From Longimicrobiales bacterium (GTDB lineage Bacteria > Gemmatimonadota > Gemmatimonadetes > Longimicrobiales > Gaopeijiaceae): a stretch of DNA of 64,000 nucleotides. The DNA lies in NCBI GenBank assembly GCA_965226375.1, contig CBDDCX010000008.1:448001-512000 (forward strand). The letters run 5' to 3'. A program made the position numbers and the translations under genes. Positions within the stretch are counted from its first letter, which is position 1. Each line of letters opens with the position of its first letter. The notes under the pieces were generated by a model. The model was given only the letters and a program-made list of their open reading frames with translations, did not search any database and was not told the DNA's origin. Below are positions 20,725 through 31,282 of the stretch, piece by piece.

Positions 20725-21576
20725 CTAACTCCCCAGCAGCTCCCGGAAGAACTCGATCGTTCTAGGCCACGCACCCTCGGAAGCGGCCATGTTGGCGCCC
20801 TCCATCCCCCCCTGACCCTTCAGGAAGCCATGACCCGCGCCGTCGTAGATGTTGACGTCATAACGTTTGCCCAGGCGTTCCATTTCGGCCTGAGCGTCCG
20901 GAATCGTAGCGTTCACGCGGTTGTCCGCCCCACCGTAATGGCCGAGAACGGGTGCCTGGATGCGCGCCAACGTTTCGGTGTCCGGAGAGGTGCCGTAGTA
21001 GACGACGGCCGCGTCTAGCCCTTCGAAGTCGACCGCGAAGTTGAACGAGGTCGAGCCGCCCCAGCAGAAGCCCACCGAGCCGACCCTGTCGCTCGCCGCG
21101 GGAAGAGACGTTCCGTAAGCGGCGGCCGCTTGCAGTCGGCGATTGACTTCGGCCCGATCCAGATCTCGCATGGCCCGTCCGACGTCCTGCGGATCGAGGG
21201 AGTCGGTGCCGCCACCTCCCGGTCCCTTGCCGGACAGCAGATCCGGCGTCACGGCGATGAACCCGTCCGCCGCGAGCTGGTCGGCAACGGCCCGGGCCCA
21301 GTCGGACATGGCCCGGATGTCGTGGATCACAACGACGACGGGTGCGTCGTCGCTACGCTCGGGATACGAGACCCAAGCTTGCACCTCATCACCGTCTCCC
21401 GCGTCATACGTCACCCACTCCCCGTGCCTGGGCGAGGCCTCCAGACGGGCGGTGGCCGTCTCTCCGTCGGGGGGCAGACTCTGCGCGTCTCCGGCGTGCG
21501 GGAGGACTGCAGCAGCCAGGACCAGGCCAGCCAGTACCAGCCCGGCCAGAACATGCCTTCGTGCCGAAGAAGTCAT
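20725..21576 (-). CDS. Dienelactone hydrolase family protein, secreted
   Basis: GFCWGG nucleophile elbow, AGHGF; signal peptide. Confidence 0.88.
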   Translation of the reverse strand: MTSSARRHVLAGLVLAGLVLAAAVLPHAGDAQSLPPDGETATARLEASPRHGEWVTYDAGDGDEVQAWVSYPERSDDAPVVVVIHDIRAMSDWARAVADQLAADGFIAVTPDLLSGKGPGGGGTDSLDPQDVGRAMRDLDRAEVNRRLQAAAAYGTSLPAASDRVGSVGFCWGGSTSFNFAVDFEGLDAAVVYYGTSPDTETLARIQAPVLGHYGGADNRVNATIPDAQAEMERLGKRYDVNIYDGAGHGFLKGQGGMEGANMAASEGAWPRTIEFFRELLGS

Positions 21577-21649
21577 TTCGAGTCTCCGAGGTTGAGATGT
21601 ATGCGTACCGTCACGCGGGGCCGCCTGAGGATGCCGAGCGATCGCCGCG

Positions 21650-22594
21650 TCATGCCGGACCGATCCGGAACATGAGTTCTATGCCCCAGTACCGCTCGTC
21701 CGTCAAGAAGAATTGACCCATGGGTGATGGACCGTCGTGGAACACGCCGTGCAGGTAAGCGGACCGATCACCGTTCTTGGCCGACACTCCGAAGACGGCG
21801 GACACTTGTCCTCGCCAATCCGTCCGATCGGTGCTCTGCCAATCGAGTCCGGCGTCCAAGCCCAGGTCGCCGCCAGACCACGGGTACCATTCGAGGTCGG
21901 CCCCGAGGCGCACGAGGGCATTGTCCGAGAAGTCCGGACCGAGTTGGCCTTCGTTCTCCAGACTGGAGCGTGTGACGATGGCCCCTCCTCCGTAGAGGCG
22001 TACCCGTCCCGCCCGATACGCAAGAAGCGCCTCGAGCGTCTCCGACGTGAAGTCGATGCGCTCGGCCCCGGCCTTCTCGATCATCTCATCGCCGAGATGG
22101 GCGCTCCAATGCGTGAGTCGTAACCGCGCCGACCAGAGTCCCCATCCGGCCTCGACCGGTAGGGCGACCACCCAATCCGAGGCGACCAGATCGCTGCTCG
22201 ATACCTCCAGCCTGAAGCGACCGAAGACGCCCGCCTGGAGGCCCACCGTCAGGCCCCCGCCTTGCCACCGCGCCGGACTCCAAAGCCGGAACGACCCACC
22301 CAGGGCGGCCTCGCCCTGGAGTTCGGTGTCGAGCCCGGTCTCCCCAGGAAAGTCGAAGGGGGGGCGTTCGGCCGGGTCGGCGCGGCCACGAAACACGGGG
22401 CTCCACAGAACCCGTAGTGCGAACACGGGCTCCCGCAGCGAGGCGTGGGGCACGGCGAAGTAACCCTGATCGGGAAGCCAAGTGCGTTCCGAACGGCCCT
22501 GAGCCTCGATACCGGACGCCGTGAGCCCCAGGGCAAAGAGGACCCGGGCAGGGAAGACCACGGCTGTACGATGGGAACGGACTCTCACGCGCAC
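21650..22594 (-). CDS. DUF1207-like outer membrane protein
   Basis: DLVASDW, HxSxHLGDE, GPSPMGQF; amphipathic beta strands. Confidence 0.65.
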   Translation of the reverse strand: MRVRVRSHRTAVVFPARVLFALGLTASGIEAQGRSERTWLPDQGYFAVPHASLREPVFALRVLWSPVFRGRADPAERPPFDFPGETGLDTELQGEAALGGSFRLWSPARWQGGGLTVGLQAGVFGRFRLEVSSSDLVASDWVVALPVEAGWGLWSARLRLTHWSAHLGDEMIEKAGAERIDFTSETLEALLAYRAGRVRLYGGGAIVTRSSLENEGQLGPDFSDNALVRLGADLEWYPWSGGDLGLDAGLDWQSTDRTDWRGQVSAVFGVSAKNGDRSAYLHGVFHDGPSPMGQFFLTDERYWGIELMFRIGPA

Positions 22595-22716
22595 TCCGAC
22601 ATGTATGTCTGGACTCAGGGGCCGCTCATTCTACCGTGGCGGAGCATCGGTGGAAAAGGGACCCAGCGGGTGATGGCGATGGTACGACAGACTTCCTGAC
22701 GGAGCAGCCGACGAGG

Positions 22717-23619
22717 ATGGATATGGATCGTGTAGAGATTCCCAACCAGGCTACGTATTCGCCTGTGGCCCTTACGGACGTGTTCATGCTCGCGCCGCTT
22801 GCCTCGCGTGTGCTGTTGGGAGCGACCGTTCCCGGTCGGATCGTACAGGCGCTCGCGCTCGGGGCGTACGCCGGAAGTGCGCTCAGCGACTGGATTTCCA
22901 GGCAGGATGCCCGACCCATCGACTTCGAGAAGGTCTTCGGTGAGGACCTGTCGGCTCTGGAGCCCATGACCGACGAGGTCCGCCAGACCGAGATCGACGA
23001 GCTCGTCGAGAAGCTGAACGCCAACTACGAGCCGGTTGACATGTCGCGCGAGAAGTTGGCGGTGATCGTCGATGAGCGGCTGACCGACTACATCGCGTCG
23101 ATCACCGGCCAAAGGGTGGAGACGAGCGCGGAAGTGCGAAGCTTCGCCATCTCCAAGCTCATTTTTCCGTTCGCTTTAGGCGCGTGCGACATCCTCTCCG
23201 GAGACGTGACGATCTTCCGCGACTGCGGGGTGTTCGAGGCCCACATCATCGCCCATGAATTCTGCCACCGGAAGGGTTATTACAAGGAGCTTCAGGCTCA
23301 GGCGCTGGCCTATCTGGCCATGAGCACGGCCGAGGAGAACATCCTCGTGCAGTCGGCCCAGTGCGAGCGTGTGCACCGGAACATGCGGGTGCTCGCGGAC
23401 AGCGACCTGGACCGCTACCACGAGATGGTGGACGAGTCCGGTCTCCGTGAGGAGCTGGCCAAAGATTTCCACGAGATCCGCCCCAAGCCGTCCGCCTATG
23501 AGCGGGGTGTGTGGACCGTCATGAAGCCCCTCATGGAGGAGCGGATGAAGATGACCGGGCAGAACGGTCTGGCCGACTACGACGCCGGATTCACGGACTT
23601 CATCCACACCCAGGGCTGA
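22717..23619 (+). CDS. DUF3810-like putative zinc metallopeptidase
   Basis: AHEFCHxKGYxxE (HExxH plus E); start uncertain (22636 possible). Confidence 0.6.
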   Translation: MDMDRVEIPNQATYSPVALTDVFMLAPLASRVLLGATVPGRIVQALALGAYAGSALSDWISRQDARPIDFEKVFGEDLSALEPMTDEVRQTEIDELVEKLNANYEPVDMSREKLAVIVDERLTDYIASITGQRVETSAEVRSFAISKLIFPFALGACDILSGDVTIFRDCGVFEAHIIAHEFCHRKGYYKELQAQALAYLAMSTAEENILVQSAQCERVHRNMRVLADSDLDRYHEMVDESGLREELAKDFHEIRPKPSAYERGVWTVMKPLMEERMKMTGQNGLADYDAGFTDFIHTQG

Positions 23620-23703
23620 CGGGCGGCTCCTTCCCCCTTACATTGCCGGCCGTCCATCAGCAGGGTGTCCTGTTCCGGATTCACCTGAAATCTCGGTCGC
23701 ACT

Positions 23704-25383
23704 ATGAGCGCAATGATCCCCGCGGTAATCGGCCTGGTGGCCTTGGGTCTCGGCTATCGTTTCTATTCGAGCTTCATCGCCGAGAAGATCTACCAACTCG
23801 ATCCGGACTTCGAGACGCCGTCCCATGCCCTGCGGGACGACGTGGACTACCTGCCCACCAACAAGGTCGTGCTGTGGGGCCATCACTTCACGTCGGTCGC
23901 GGGCGCTGCACCCATCATCGGACCGGCCATCGCCGTTATCTGGGGGTGGCTGCCCGCGTTCTTGTGGGTCGTGTTCGGCACCATGTTCTTCGCGGGCGTA
24001 CACGACTTCGGGGCTATTTGGGCCAGCGTCCGTAATCGGGGGACGTCGCTCGGATCGCTGACCGGCGAGGTGGTGGGGCCGCGTGCCCGCACCCTCTTCA
24101 TGATCGTCATCTTCCTGCTGTTGCTCATGGTCAACGCCGTGTTCGCCGTGGCCATCTCCAACGCATTCGTGGCCACACCGAGCAGCGTGATTCCGGTGTG
24201 GAGTGCCATCGCCGTTGCGGTGGTGATCGGAATGCTGATCTACCGGCTCAAGAAGCCGATCCTGTGGCCCACGATTATCGGCACGGTGATCCTCTATTCC
24301 GTGATCTGGGTCGGCGATGCCTTCCCGGTCTCGTTGCCCGATACGCTGTTCGGTCTGGCCGCCGGCCCGCAGTGGATCGTGATCCTGTTTGTCTACGCGA
24401 CCATCGCTTCGCTGCTTCCGATTTGGATGCTCCTGCAGCCGCGGGACTACATCAACGGCATCCAGCTATTCGTGGGGCTGGGTCTGCTGTTCGCCGCGGT
24501 GTTCCTGGCCAACCCGACCATAGTGGCCCCGGCATTCAACCAGAACGTGCCCGCCGGGACCCCGCCCTTGGTGCCACTCCTGTTCGTGACGATCGCCTGT
24601 GGCGCCATCTCGGGCTTCCATGGACTGGTGGCGTCGGGTACCACATCCAAACAGCTCGACAAGGAGCCTGACGCGCGCTTCGTCGGCTACGGGGGCTCCT
24701 TGGGAGAGGGCCTGCTAGCCATCTGCGCCATCATCGCCGTCAGCGCAGGCTTCGCTACGCGGGGCGAGTGGGAGGCAGCCTACTCGGCGTTCGGCACGAC
24801 GGGTATCGATACCTTCGTGGCGGGAGGCTCGGTGATCGTTACCGCGGGCACCGGGTTGCCGATCGGGTTCACCGCCACCCTTCTCGCCGTCATGGCAGTC
24901 CTCTTCGCCGGCACCACCATGGACACGGGGGTGCGGCTCCAGCGCTACATCGTTCAGGAGTGGGGGACCATCTACAATCTCCCGGTGCTCCAGAACGGCT
25001 ATGTCGCCACCTTCATCGCGGTGGCGTCGTGTCTCGCTCTCGCGTTCGGAGCCGGCGGTGCGGACGGTCAGGGAGGCATGCTCATCTGGCCGCTGTTCGG
25101 GACCACCAACCAGCTTCTGGCTGGACTGACCCTGCTCGTGATCAGCGTCATGCTGGTCAAGCGGCGGCGGCGGTACGCCTTCACGCTCGTGCCCATGATC
25201 TTCGTTACCACCATGGCGTTCCTGGCGGCGCTCTATCAGCTCTGGAACCTGTTCACGACCGGCCAGTATTTCCTCGCTGCACTGGACGTTCTGATCGTGG
25301 TGGCGGCCGTCCTGGTCATGCTCGAGTCGACATCGGCGTTCCTCCGGGAGCACAGGAAGGCCACGGAGACGCCAGCGGTCTGA
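23704..25383 (+). CDS. cstA: Carbon starvation protein A family transporter
   Basis: GHHFTSVAGAAPIIGP, LLQPRDY, TIACGAISGFH, WPLFGTTNQLLA. Confidence 0.93.
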   Translation: MSAMIPAVIGLVALGLGYRFYSSFIAEKIYQLDPDFETPSHALRDDVDYLPTNKVVLWGHHFTSVAGAAPIIGPAIAVIWGWLPAFLWVVFGTMFFAGVHDFGAIWASVRNRGTSLGSLTGEVVGPRARTLFMIVIFLLLLMVNAVFAVAISNAFVATPSSVIPVWSAIAVAVVIGMLIYRLKKPILWPTIIGTVILYSVIWVGDAFPVSLPDTLFGLAAGPQWIVILFVYATIASLLPIWMLLQPRDYINGIQLFVGLGLLFAAVFLANPTIVAPAFNQNVPAGTPPLVPLLFVTIACGAISGFHGLVASGTTSKQLDKEPDARFVGYGGSLGEGLLAICAIIAVSAGFATRGEWEAAYSAFGTTGIDTFVAGGSVIVTAGTGLPIGFTATLLAVMAVLFAGTTMDTGVRLQRYIVQEWGTIYNLPVLQNGYVATFIAVASCLALAFGAGGADGQGGMLIWPLFGTTNQLLAGLTLLVISVMLVKRRRRYAFTLVPMIFVTTMAFLAALYQLWNLFTTGQYFLAALDVLIVVAAVLVMLESTSAFLREHRKATETPAV

Positions 25384-25404
25384 AGGCCCGCGCCCGAGAG
25401 AGCC

Positions 25405-25677
25405 ATGAAGCTTGCCGAAATCAAGCAAATAGTTGACAGAGTCAAGTATCTGCTTTCGGAGTTCTACTATGCGCCCTACCGGGGCGCGATCGCCCGGGCG
25501 AAGCGGGACGAGGACGACCTTTTCATGCTGCTCGTCTTCTCCGAATTGATGGGCGTGCCCAATCCGGCCAGCTACTACACGCTCGAGCTCCAGCCGATCA
25601 TGCTCGAGAGGTTCCATGAGTGGCACGTCCGCATGGGCATGGAACATTCCCCCCTCGACGATTTCCGTTGCTGCTGA
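25405..25677 (+). CDS. Small 'CC-star' protein (C-terminal Cys-Cys) associated with CstA
   Basis: 90 aa ending RCC-stop; EDDLFMLL..GVPNP..YYTLEL; between cstA and ArsA-like ATPase. Confidence 0.8.
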   Translation: MKLAEIKQIVDRVKYLLSEFYYAPYRGAIARAKRDEDDLFMLLVFSELMGVPNPASYYTLELQPIMLERFHEWHVRMGMEHSPLDDFRCC

Positions 25678-25748
25678 CGGCTCTCGCGGCCCCGGCCCGT
25701 GCTTGCGTCCCCAGCGGTCGGGCTCCACGCCCGGGGTCGTAGGCGGCC

Positions 25749-26753
25749 GTGAGGAGATTCCTCGATCGACGCATCCTCTTCGTGGGTGGCAAGGGGGGCG
25801 TCGGTAAGACCACGACGGCGAGCGCACTCGCGCTCATGGCGGCGGAGTCGGGCCGCAGGGTCCTCATCGTCTCGATGGATCCTGCCCACTCCCTGGGCGA
25901 CATCTTCGGAGTCCGAATCGGCAACCACGAGGTGGAGTTGGCGGAGAGCCTGTGGGGTCTGGAGATCGACCCGGACGCCGAGGCGCAGGATCACATCCGG
26001 ACGGTCAAGGCGAGCATGAAACGCCTGGTCGCTCCCAAGATGTACCGGGAGATCGACCGCCAACTCGATCTGGCCCAAGACGCCCCGGGCACCGTCGAAG
26101 CCGCCGTTCTTGAGCGTATGTCCGAGCTCATGGCAGACGCGATGAGCCGCTTCGATCTGGTGGTGTTCGACACCGCGCCTACCGGTCAAACGATACGGTT
26201 GTTGTCGTTGCCCGAGATCATGGCCGCGTGGAGCGACGGCATGCTCAAGCACCAGGACCGTTCCGCCAAGCTGGGGCAGGTTCTCAAGGTGTTCAACCGG
26301 GCCCAGTCGAAGGAGGACGAGCTCGGAATGATCAGCGGGGGAAAAGAAGACGACGAAGACGCCCGGACCACTCAGATCAACGAGATTCTCCTGGCCCGGC
26401 GGCGAAAATTCCATAGGGCCCGTGAGCTCCTCACAGATGTGGATACCACGGCGTTCGTACTCGTCATCAATCCGGAGCGGCTGCCGATTCTCGAGAGCAA
26501 GAAGGCCCTGGCGGTGTTGAACAAGTTCAATGTTCCGGTGGCGGCCATGGTCGTGAATCGGCTCTTGCCCGACGATGCCGAGGGCGAGTTTCTGCGTGAG
26601 AGGCGGCTCCAGGAGAGGGAGTACCGCGACGAGATCGACCGTGAGTTCGCGGCCCTACATCGTGTTTATGTGCCGCTCCTGCCCCATGATGTGCATGGAA
26701 TCGACACGTTGCGCCGGATCGGACGCATTCTCGTGCCCGCCGTCGACGCGTAG
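25749..26753 (+). CDS. ArsA/Get3 family ATPase, single domain
   Basis: GKGGVGKTT, DPAHSL, DTAPTG, NPERLP. Confidence 0.88.
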   Translation: MRRFLDRRILFVGGKGGVGKTTTASALALMAAESGRRVLIVSMDPAHSLGDIFGVRIGNHEVELAESLWGLEIDPDAEAQDHIRTVKASMKRLVAPKMYREIDRQLDLAQDAPGTVEAAVLERMSELMADAMSRFDLVVFDTAPTGQTIRLLSLPEIMAAWSDGMLKHQDRSAKLGQVLKVFNRAQSKEDELGMISGGKEDDEDARTTQINEILLARRRKFHRARELLTDVDTTAFVLVINPERLPILESKKALAVLNKFNVPVAAMVVNRLLPDDAEGEFLRERRLQEREYRDEIDREFAALHRVYVPLLPHDVHGIDTLRRIGRILVPAVDA

Positions 26754-26768
26754 ATCAGCCGAGCCTCG

Positions 26769-27359
26769 ATGAGATCACTGCACCGGCTAGCCGCGATGGT
26801 CGACCGGCTCAACGATCGCATCGGTGCGGCCATCCAGTGGCTCGCACTTCTCATGGTGCTGGTCGGTGCGTTCAATGCCCTGGCGCGATATGCGACCCGG
26901 TACACGGGCGTTGCCCTCAGCTCCAACGCCTACCTCGACCTGCAGTGGTACTTCTTTACCCTGATCTTCCTTCTCGGGTCGGCCTACGGACTGAACCACG
27001 ACTACCACGTCCGGGTCGACGTGCTCTACGCCAAGCTGGGGCGGAGGGCCAAGGCCTGGGTGGATCTACTCGGTACCGTGCTCTTCCTGATCCCCTTCTC
27101 GGTGGTCATGCTCTGGGTCTCATGGCGGCCCGTGTGGAACAGCTGGGCCATCCGGGAGACCTCGCCGGATCCGGGAGGGCTTCCGAGATATCCGATCAAG
27201 GCCGTCATTCTGATCGCGTTTCTCCTCCTGCTGTTGCAGGGGATGAGCTATGCGCTGAAGCAAGCCACCATTCTATGGGGACCGGAGCCGGAGGACGGAT
27301 CCATTTCAGGTGCGGATGACCCCCTGGACGGCTCAGGCGTCTTGGAGACGGAACGCTGA
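26769..27359 (+). CDS. dctQ: TRAP transporter small permease
   Basis: 4 TM helices; LQWY, HVRVD, SPDPGGL. Confidence 0.9.
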   Translation: MRSLHRLAAMVDRLNDRIGAAIQWLALLMVLVGAFNALARYATRYTGVALSSNAYLDLQWYFFTLIFLLGSAYGLNHDYHVRVDVLYAKLGRRAKAWVDLLGTVLFLIPFSVVMLWVSWRPVWNSWAIRETSPDPGGLPRYPIKAVILIAFLLLLLQGMSYALKQATILWGPEPEDGSISGADDPLDGSGVLETER

Positions 27360-28657
27360 TGGGCGACGTCTGGGGTCCCATCATGTTCCTGGGGGTCTTG
27401 GCCCTCATCTTCACGGGATACCCGGTTGCCTTCGCTCTGGCGGGGACCGCCCTCGTGTTCGCCCTGCTCGGTACATTGGCCGGCGACTTCGATCTGATCC
27501 TCCTTCGGGCGCTGCCCGATCGAACGTTCGGGGTCATGTCGAACTACACGCTGCTGGCCGTTCCCTTTTTCATCTTCATGGGCACGGTTCTGGAGAAGTC
27601 CCGCCTGGCCGAAGACCTGCTGGAGACCATAGGAATCCTGTTCGGGCGCTTCAGAGGTGGATTGGCTCTGGGGGTAATCGGGGTCGGGGCACTGTTGGCG
27701 GCCGCCACCGGAGTGGTGGGGGCGTCCGTGACCGCGATGGGTCTCATCTCGATGCCTGTGATGCTCAGGAACGGATACAAGGACGATCTGACACTCGGGG
27801 TCATCGCGGCGTCTGGAACCCTGGGCCAGATCATCCCGCCCAGCATCGTTCTGATCGTGCTCGGGGACCAGATGGGTGTCTCGGTAGGCGCGCTGTTCCA
27901 GGCAGCCGTGATCCCCGGGGTCATCCTGACCGGGGCCTATGCGCTCTACGTGGTCGGTGTGGCGGTCGTGAGACCGGAAGATGCGCCAGCGATGGCGGAA
28001 GCCCGCAACGTGCGAGGCCTGGAGCTCGCCCGCCGTGTCGTAGTCTCTCTGATTCCGCCCCTCGCGCTGATTCTCGTGGTCCTCGGAAGCATCTTCGCCG
28101 GCGTGGCCACGCCGACGGAGGCCGGCGCGCTGGGTGCCGTGGGGGCGATGATGCTGGCGGCGGCCGGTAGGCAGTTGTCCATGGACGCCCTCAAGGCCGC
28201 CATGAAGGACACCACCCGCCTCACCATCATGATCACGTTCCTGCTCATCGGCTCGACCGTATTCACGCTCGTCTTCCGTGGTTTGGAGGGTGATCTGTGG
28301 ATCGCGCACATGCTGTCGAACCTTCCCGGGGGCGCCCTGGGATTCCTGTTGATCGTGAATGCCGTCGTCTTCGTTCTGGGATTCTTCATCGACTTCTTCG
28401 AGATCGCCTTCATCATCGTTCCGTTGGTGGTGGCGCCGGCACAGATACTGGGCATCGACCTGACCTGGCTGGGAATCGTCCTGGCGGTGAACATCCAGAC
28501 GTCCTTCCTGACACCGCCCTTCGGATTCTCTCTCTTCTACCTCAGGGGGGTCACGCCCGCCCATATCTCCACCGAGCGAATCTACAGAGGGGTCGCGCCG
28601 TTCATCGTCATCCAGCTCGTCGTGCTGGCTGGGCTGATCGTCTGGTTGTTGAGGTGA
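27359..28657 (+). CDS. dctM: TRAP transporter large permease
   Basis: GYPVAF, SGTLGQIIPPS, ATPTEA, SFLTPPFG. Confidence 0.92.
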   Translation: MGDVWGPIMFLGVLALIFTGYPVAFALAGTALVFALLGTLAGDFDLILLRALPDRTFGVMSNYTLLAVPFFIFMGTVLEKSRLAEDLLETIGILFGRFRGGLALGVIGVGALLAAATGVVGASVTAMGLISMPVMLRNGYKDDLTLGVIAASGTLGQIIPPSIVLIVLGDQMGVSVGALFQAAVIPGVILTGAYALYVVGVAVVRPEDAPAMAEARNVRGLELARRVVVSLIPPLALILVVLGSIFAGVATPTEAGALGAVGAMMLAAAGRQLSMDALKAAMKDTTRLTIMITFLLIGSTVFTLVFRGLEGDLWIAHMLSNLPGGALGFLLIVNAVVFVLGFFIDFFEIAFIIVPLVVAPAQILGIDLTWLGIVLAVNIQTSFLTPPFGFSLFYLRGVTPAHISTERIYRGVAPFIVIQLVVLAGLIVWLLR

Positions 28658-28715
28658 CGCTCGTGTCTCCGGGCTTCGACCGCCATTCGTTACGGCCCGG
28701 CATGCGATTCGACAC

Positions 28716-30221
28716 ATGACCGGCACCGTGCCGTTCCGGGAACGGACCAAGGAAGCGATCTCCCGGGCTGCACCGTACCTGATCATCGTCGTGCTCGGCA
28801 CGGCGGTACGTATAGTCTGGGCCGGCCATGTCGCCCCCTGGTGGAGTTCGGTGGACAACCTGGTCTGGACCACTGTGCTCAACGCCTCGAGCCCGGGTAT
28901 CCGGCTGGATGAGCTCATTCACTATCCCCACCAACCGGGCACACTCCTTTATAGCCTCGCCGCCTTGGCGCTTCCGCCCCAGCTAGGCGACTGGCCGGCC
29001 TTGAACGTTGTGAGCCTTTGGGTCGAGACCGGGATGCGACTCGGTCTTATCCTGTGCGCCCATTGGGTCTTTGGGCGGCGAGTGGCCTTGCTCTTCGCGC
29101 TGTGGACCATCATGGCCACGCCACTCATGCTGGAGTGGTCCGTGATTCCTCACGGAATGCACGCCAATGCTGCGTTGTGGCCTCTACTGGGGCTTGCCCT
29201 GATCCGCGCGGGGGACCGCATCGACGCGGTCGCCGTAGGCGCTCTCTGCGCCGCATCACTCTTCTGGTCCCTGGACAACGCCCCGTTGGTGTTGTGGGCT
29301 TTCGGGTACACGGTATGGATCGCACAAGATCGGGGCCCGACCATCGTGCGGTACACAGCGACGTTCGCACTGGCGCTGATCCCGCTCGTGCTTCTTCGCG
29401 TTTATGGGGATCTCGGCTTCGACCTCCAGCAGGCCGGCCCAACCTGGATTCGCGGCATCGACCTCTCTCTGGGGTCCACCGTCGGCAACGTACCCAACGT
29501 GATCGCCGTGTGGCTCCACGCGGTACCAGGCTCGAGCTTGATGCCCGGGGTCGGGCTACGAGTCGCGTGGGCGAGCCTCGTCTACGTGGGAATCGTGATC
29601 GGACTGCTGCGAGCGAGTTCGCCGGAAGCGCGTTGGGGTACCGGCTTACTTTTTGCCTTCGTCTCCCTCTATGCGCTGTCGCCTGTCTACGAACCCGGTG
29701 GGGGGCACAAAACGGGCATCGCCTACCGGCACTTGGCGTACATCTCCCCATTGATGGTGCTTCTGGCCATGAGAGGCTGGAGCGGGATCTCCAGGCGTGC
29801 CGGCAATGGCATCGCGGCCGCGATCATCGTACTCGGTATCGGAGCGGGAGTGACGAGCTACTACCTGGCGAAGCCGGAAGCCCGCTCCGCGGCGGAACCC
29901 GTGGGAACCGTACTGGCCTGGAAGTTCGGGCACGACGTGCCCCGTCTGCTCGCGCTACTCGACGCCGCACCCCTTGGCGTCGATCCCTTGATGCTGGAGG
30001 GAGTGGGGAGGGGGTACGCCAGCGCAATCTTGCCGACCGGTGATATCGCGGCGCTCGTAGCGAAGATAAGCGAGCATCCCACCGCGCATCACGAGGCGCT
30101 GAAGCGAGGCGCGTTGCTCGCCTTCGACCCGGATTTCACGCCCCGGTCCCCTGCGGAACTCCTCTCTGAGGTCCGCAACGCTTTGGATCTGGTCGGCAGA
30201 CCGACGAGGGAGCTGCCGTGA
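28716..30221 (+). CDS. Polytopic membrane protein, possibly GT-C type glycosyltransferase
   Basis: About 11 hydrophobic segments, periplasmic loop with YPHQPG, YRHL motif; context of GNAT and PIG-L genes. Confidence 0.45.
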   Translation: MTGTVPFRERTKEAISRAAPYLIIVVLGTAVRIVWAGHVAPWWSSVDNLVWTTVLNASSPGIRLDELIHYPHQPGTLLYSLAALALPPQLGDWPALNVVSLWVETGMRLGLILCAHWVFGRRVALLFALWTIMATPLMLEWSVIPHGMHANAALWPLLGLALIRAGDRIDAVAVGALCAASLFWSLDNAPLVLWAFGYTVWIAQDRGPTIVRYTATFALALIPLVLLRVYGDLGFDLQQAGPTWIRGIDLSLGSTVGNVPNVIAVWLHAVPGSSLMPGVGLRVAWASLVYVGIVIGLLRASSPEARWGTGLLFAFVSLYALSPVYEPGGGHKTGIAYRHLAYISPLMVLLAMRGWSGISRRAGNGIAAAIIVLGIGAGVTSYYLAKPEARSAAEPVGTVLAWKFGHDVPRLLALLDAAPLGVDPLMLEGVGRGYASAILPTGDIAALVAKISEHPTAHHEALKRGALLAFDPDFTPRSPAELLSEVRNALDLVGRPTRELP

Positions 30222-31282
30222 AGTCTGATTGGACTCTTCGCCCGTACGTCGCAGGTGATGAATACGCAGCGGCCGCACTGTTTCGAGACGTATTCAGCGC
30301 CGAAATGACGGCCGAGGAACACCGCTGGAAGTTTGCAGCTGACCCTTGGCCGTACCGATCCGCCAACGTTTGGCTTGCCGAGTCTCAAGGGCACGTCATC
30401 GGCCAATTCGCCGGTGTGCCGCTGAGATTCAAGCTCGGCGACCAGCTCTTGGACATTGTCCAGGGCTGCGACGTCATGACGGCCGCCAAGTACAGAAGAC
30501 GGGGCCTGCTCGGCGCGCTGGGCCAGGCCACGCTGGGCGCCTGGAAAGGGGATGGCGTACCGTTCTTGATCGGTCTCGACAACGACGCCTGGGGTTCTCG
30601 CAAACGATTGCTGAACTTGATCCCGCAGTTCCGAGTCGCATCGCTTTGGAAGCCGTTGCGGCCCGAACGCTTGCTTGCCGGCCGGGTGCAGCTTCCGGGG
30701 ATCTTGACCCGACTGCTTTCTGTTACCGGACTTCCGTTGCAGGTGGCCGAACGAGTCGCGGCTATCGGAGTGGGCGACATCGAAGTGCAACCCGTCGAGC
30801 AAGCGGGTGTCGAGTTCGACGAGCTGTGGGAGAAGCTCGGGCCGAAACTCGAAGCCTCCGTGGTGCGGGATCGTGCCTGGCTCGCCCACCGGTACTTTGC
30901 AGCGCCCGACCGGTCATACCAGGTCCTGTTGGCCAGAGGGGTTTCCGGACCCGCCGGATACCTCGCTTACTACATCTCCATAGACGGAGATCGCAGGCAG
31001 GGCGTGCTTGCCGACCTCTTTTTCGCCGGTGGCGATCGAGCTACCGGATACGCGCTGGTCTCCGCGATGCTGACCTCGCTGCGCGCCGTCGGAGCGGACA
31101 GTGTCCGGGCACCCCTGGTGTCGAGTCCGGCTTGCCTCGGCGTCCTTCGTCGCATGGGCTTCATGAGAACGCGCGAGGGTTATACGATCGTCGTTATCCC
31201 GCTCGCCCATGAGTCGCCCGATCCGGCGCTCGCCGACCCGAACCGCTGGTTCGTCACGGCGGGTGATTTCGACATTGGCTGA
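30218..31282 (+). CDS. GNAT family N-acetyltransferase (tandem GNAT fold)
   Basis: DVMTAAKYRRRGL acetyl-CoA motif; RDxxWLxHRY; C-terminal GDFD. Confidence 0.75.
   Translation: MKSDWTLRPYVAGDEYAAAALFRDVFSAEMTAEEHRWKFAADPWPYRSANVWLAESQGHVIGQFAGVPLRFKLGDQLLDIVQGCDVMTAAKYRRRGLLGALGQATLGAWKGDGVPFLIGLDNDAWGSRKRLLNLIPQFRVASLWKPLRPERLLAGRVQLPGILTRLLSVTGLPLQVAERVAAIGVGDIEVQPVEQAGVEFDELWEKLGPKLEASVVRDRAWLAHRYFAAPDRSYQVLLARGVSGPAGYLAYYISIDGDRRQGVLADLFFAGGDRATGYALVSAMLTSLRAVGADSVRAPLVSSPACLGVLRRMGFMRTREGYTIVVIPLAHESPDPALADPNRWFVTAGDFDIG

Noticed and set aside
25669..25745. Sec read-through of TGC-TGC-TGA in the CC-star gene
   Set aside because: Only a generic GC-rich hairpin follows; no convincing SECIS by eye.
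25749..26753. Arsenic resistance operon (ArsA-like plus ArsB-like 16407-17828)
   Set aside because: The genes are unlinked, there is no arsR/C/D, the ATPase has no Cys, and its context is cstA.
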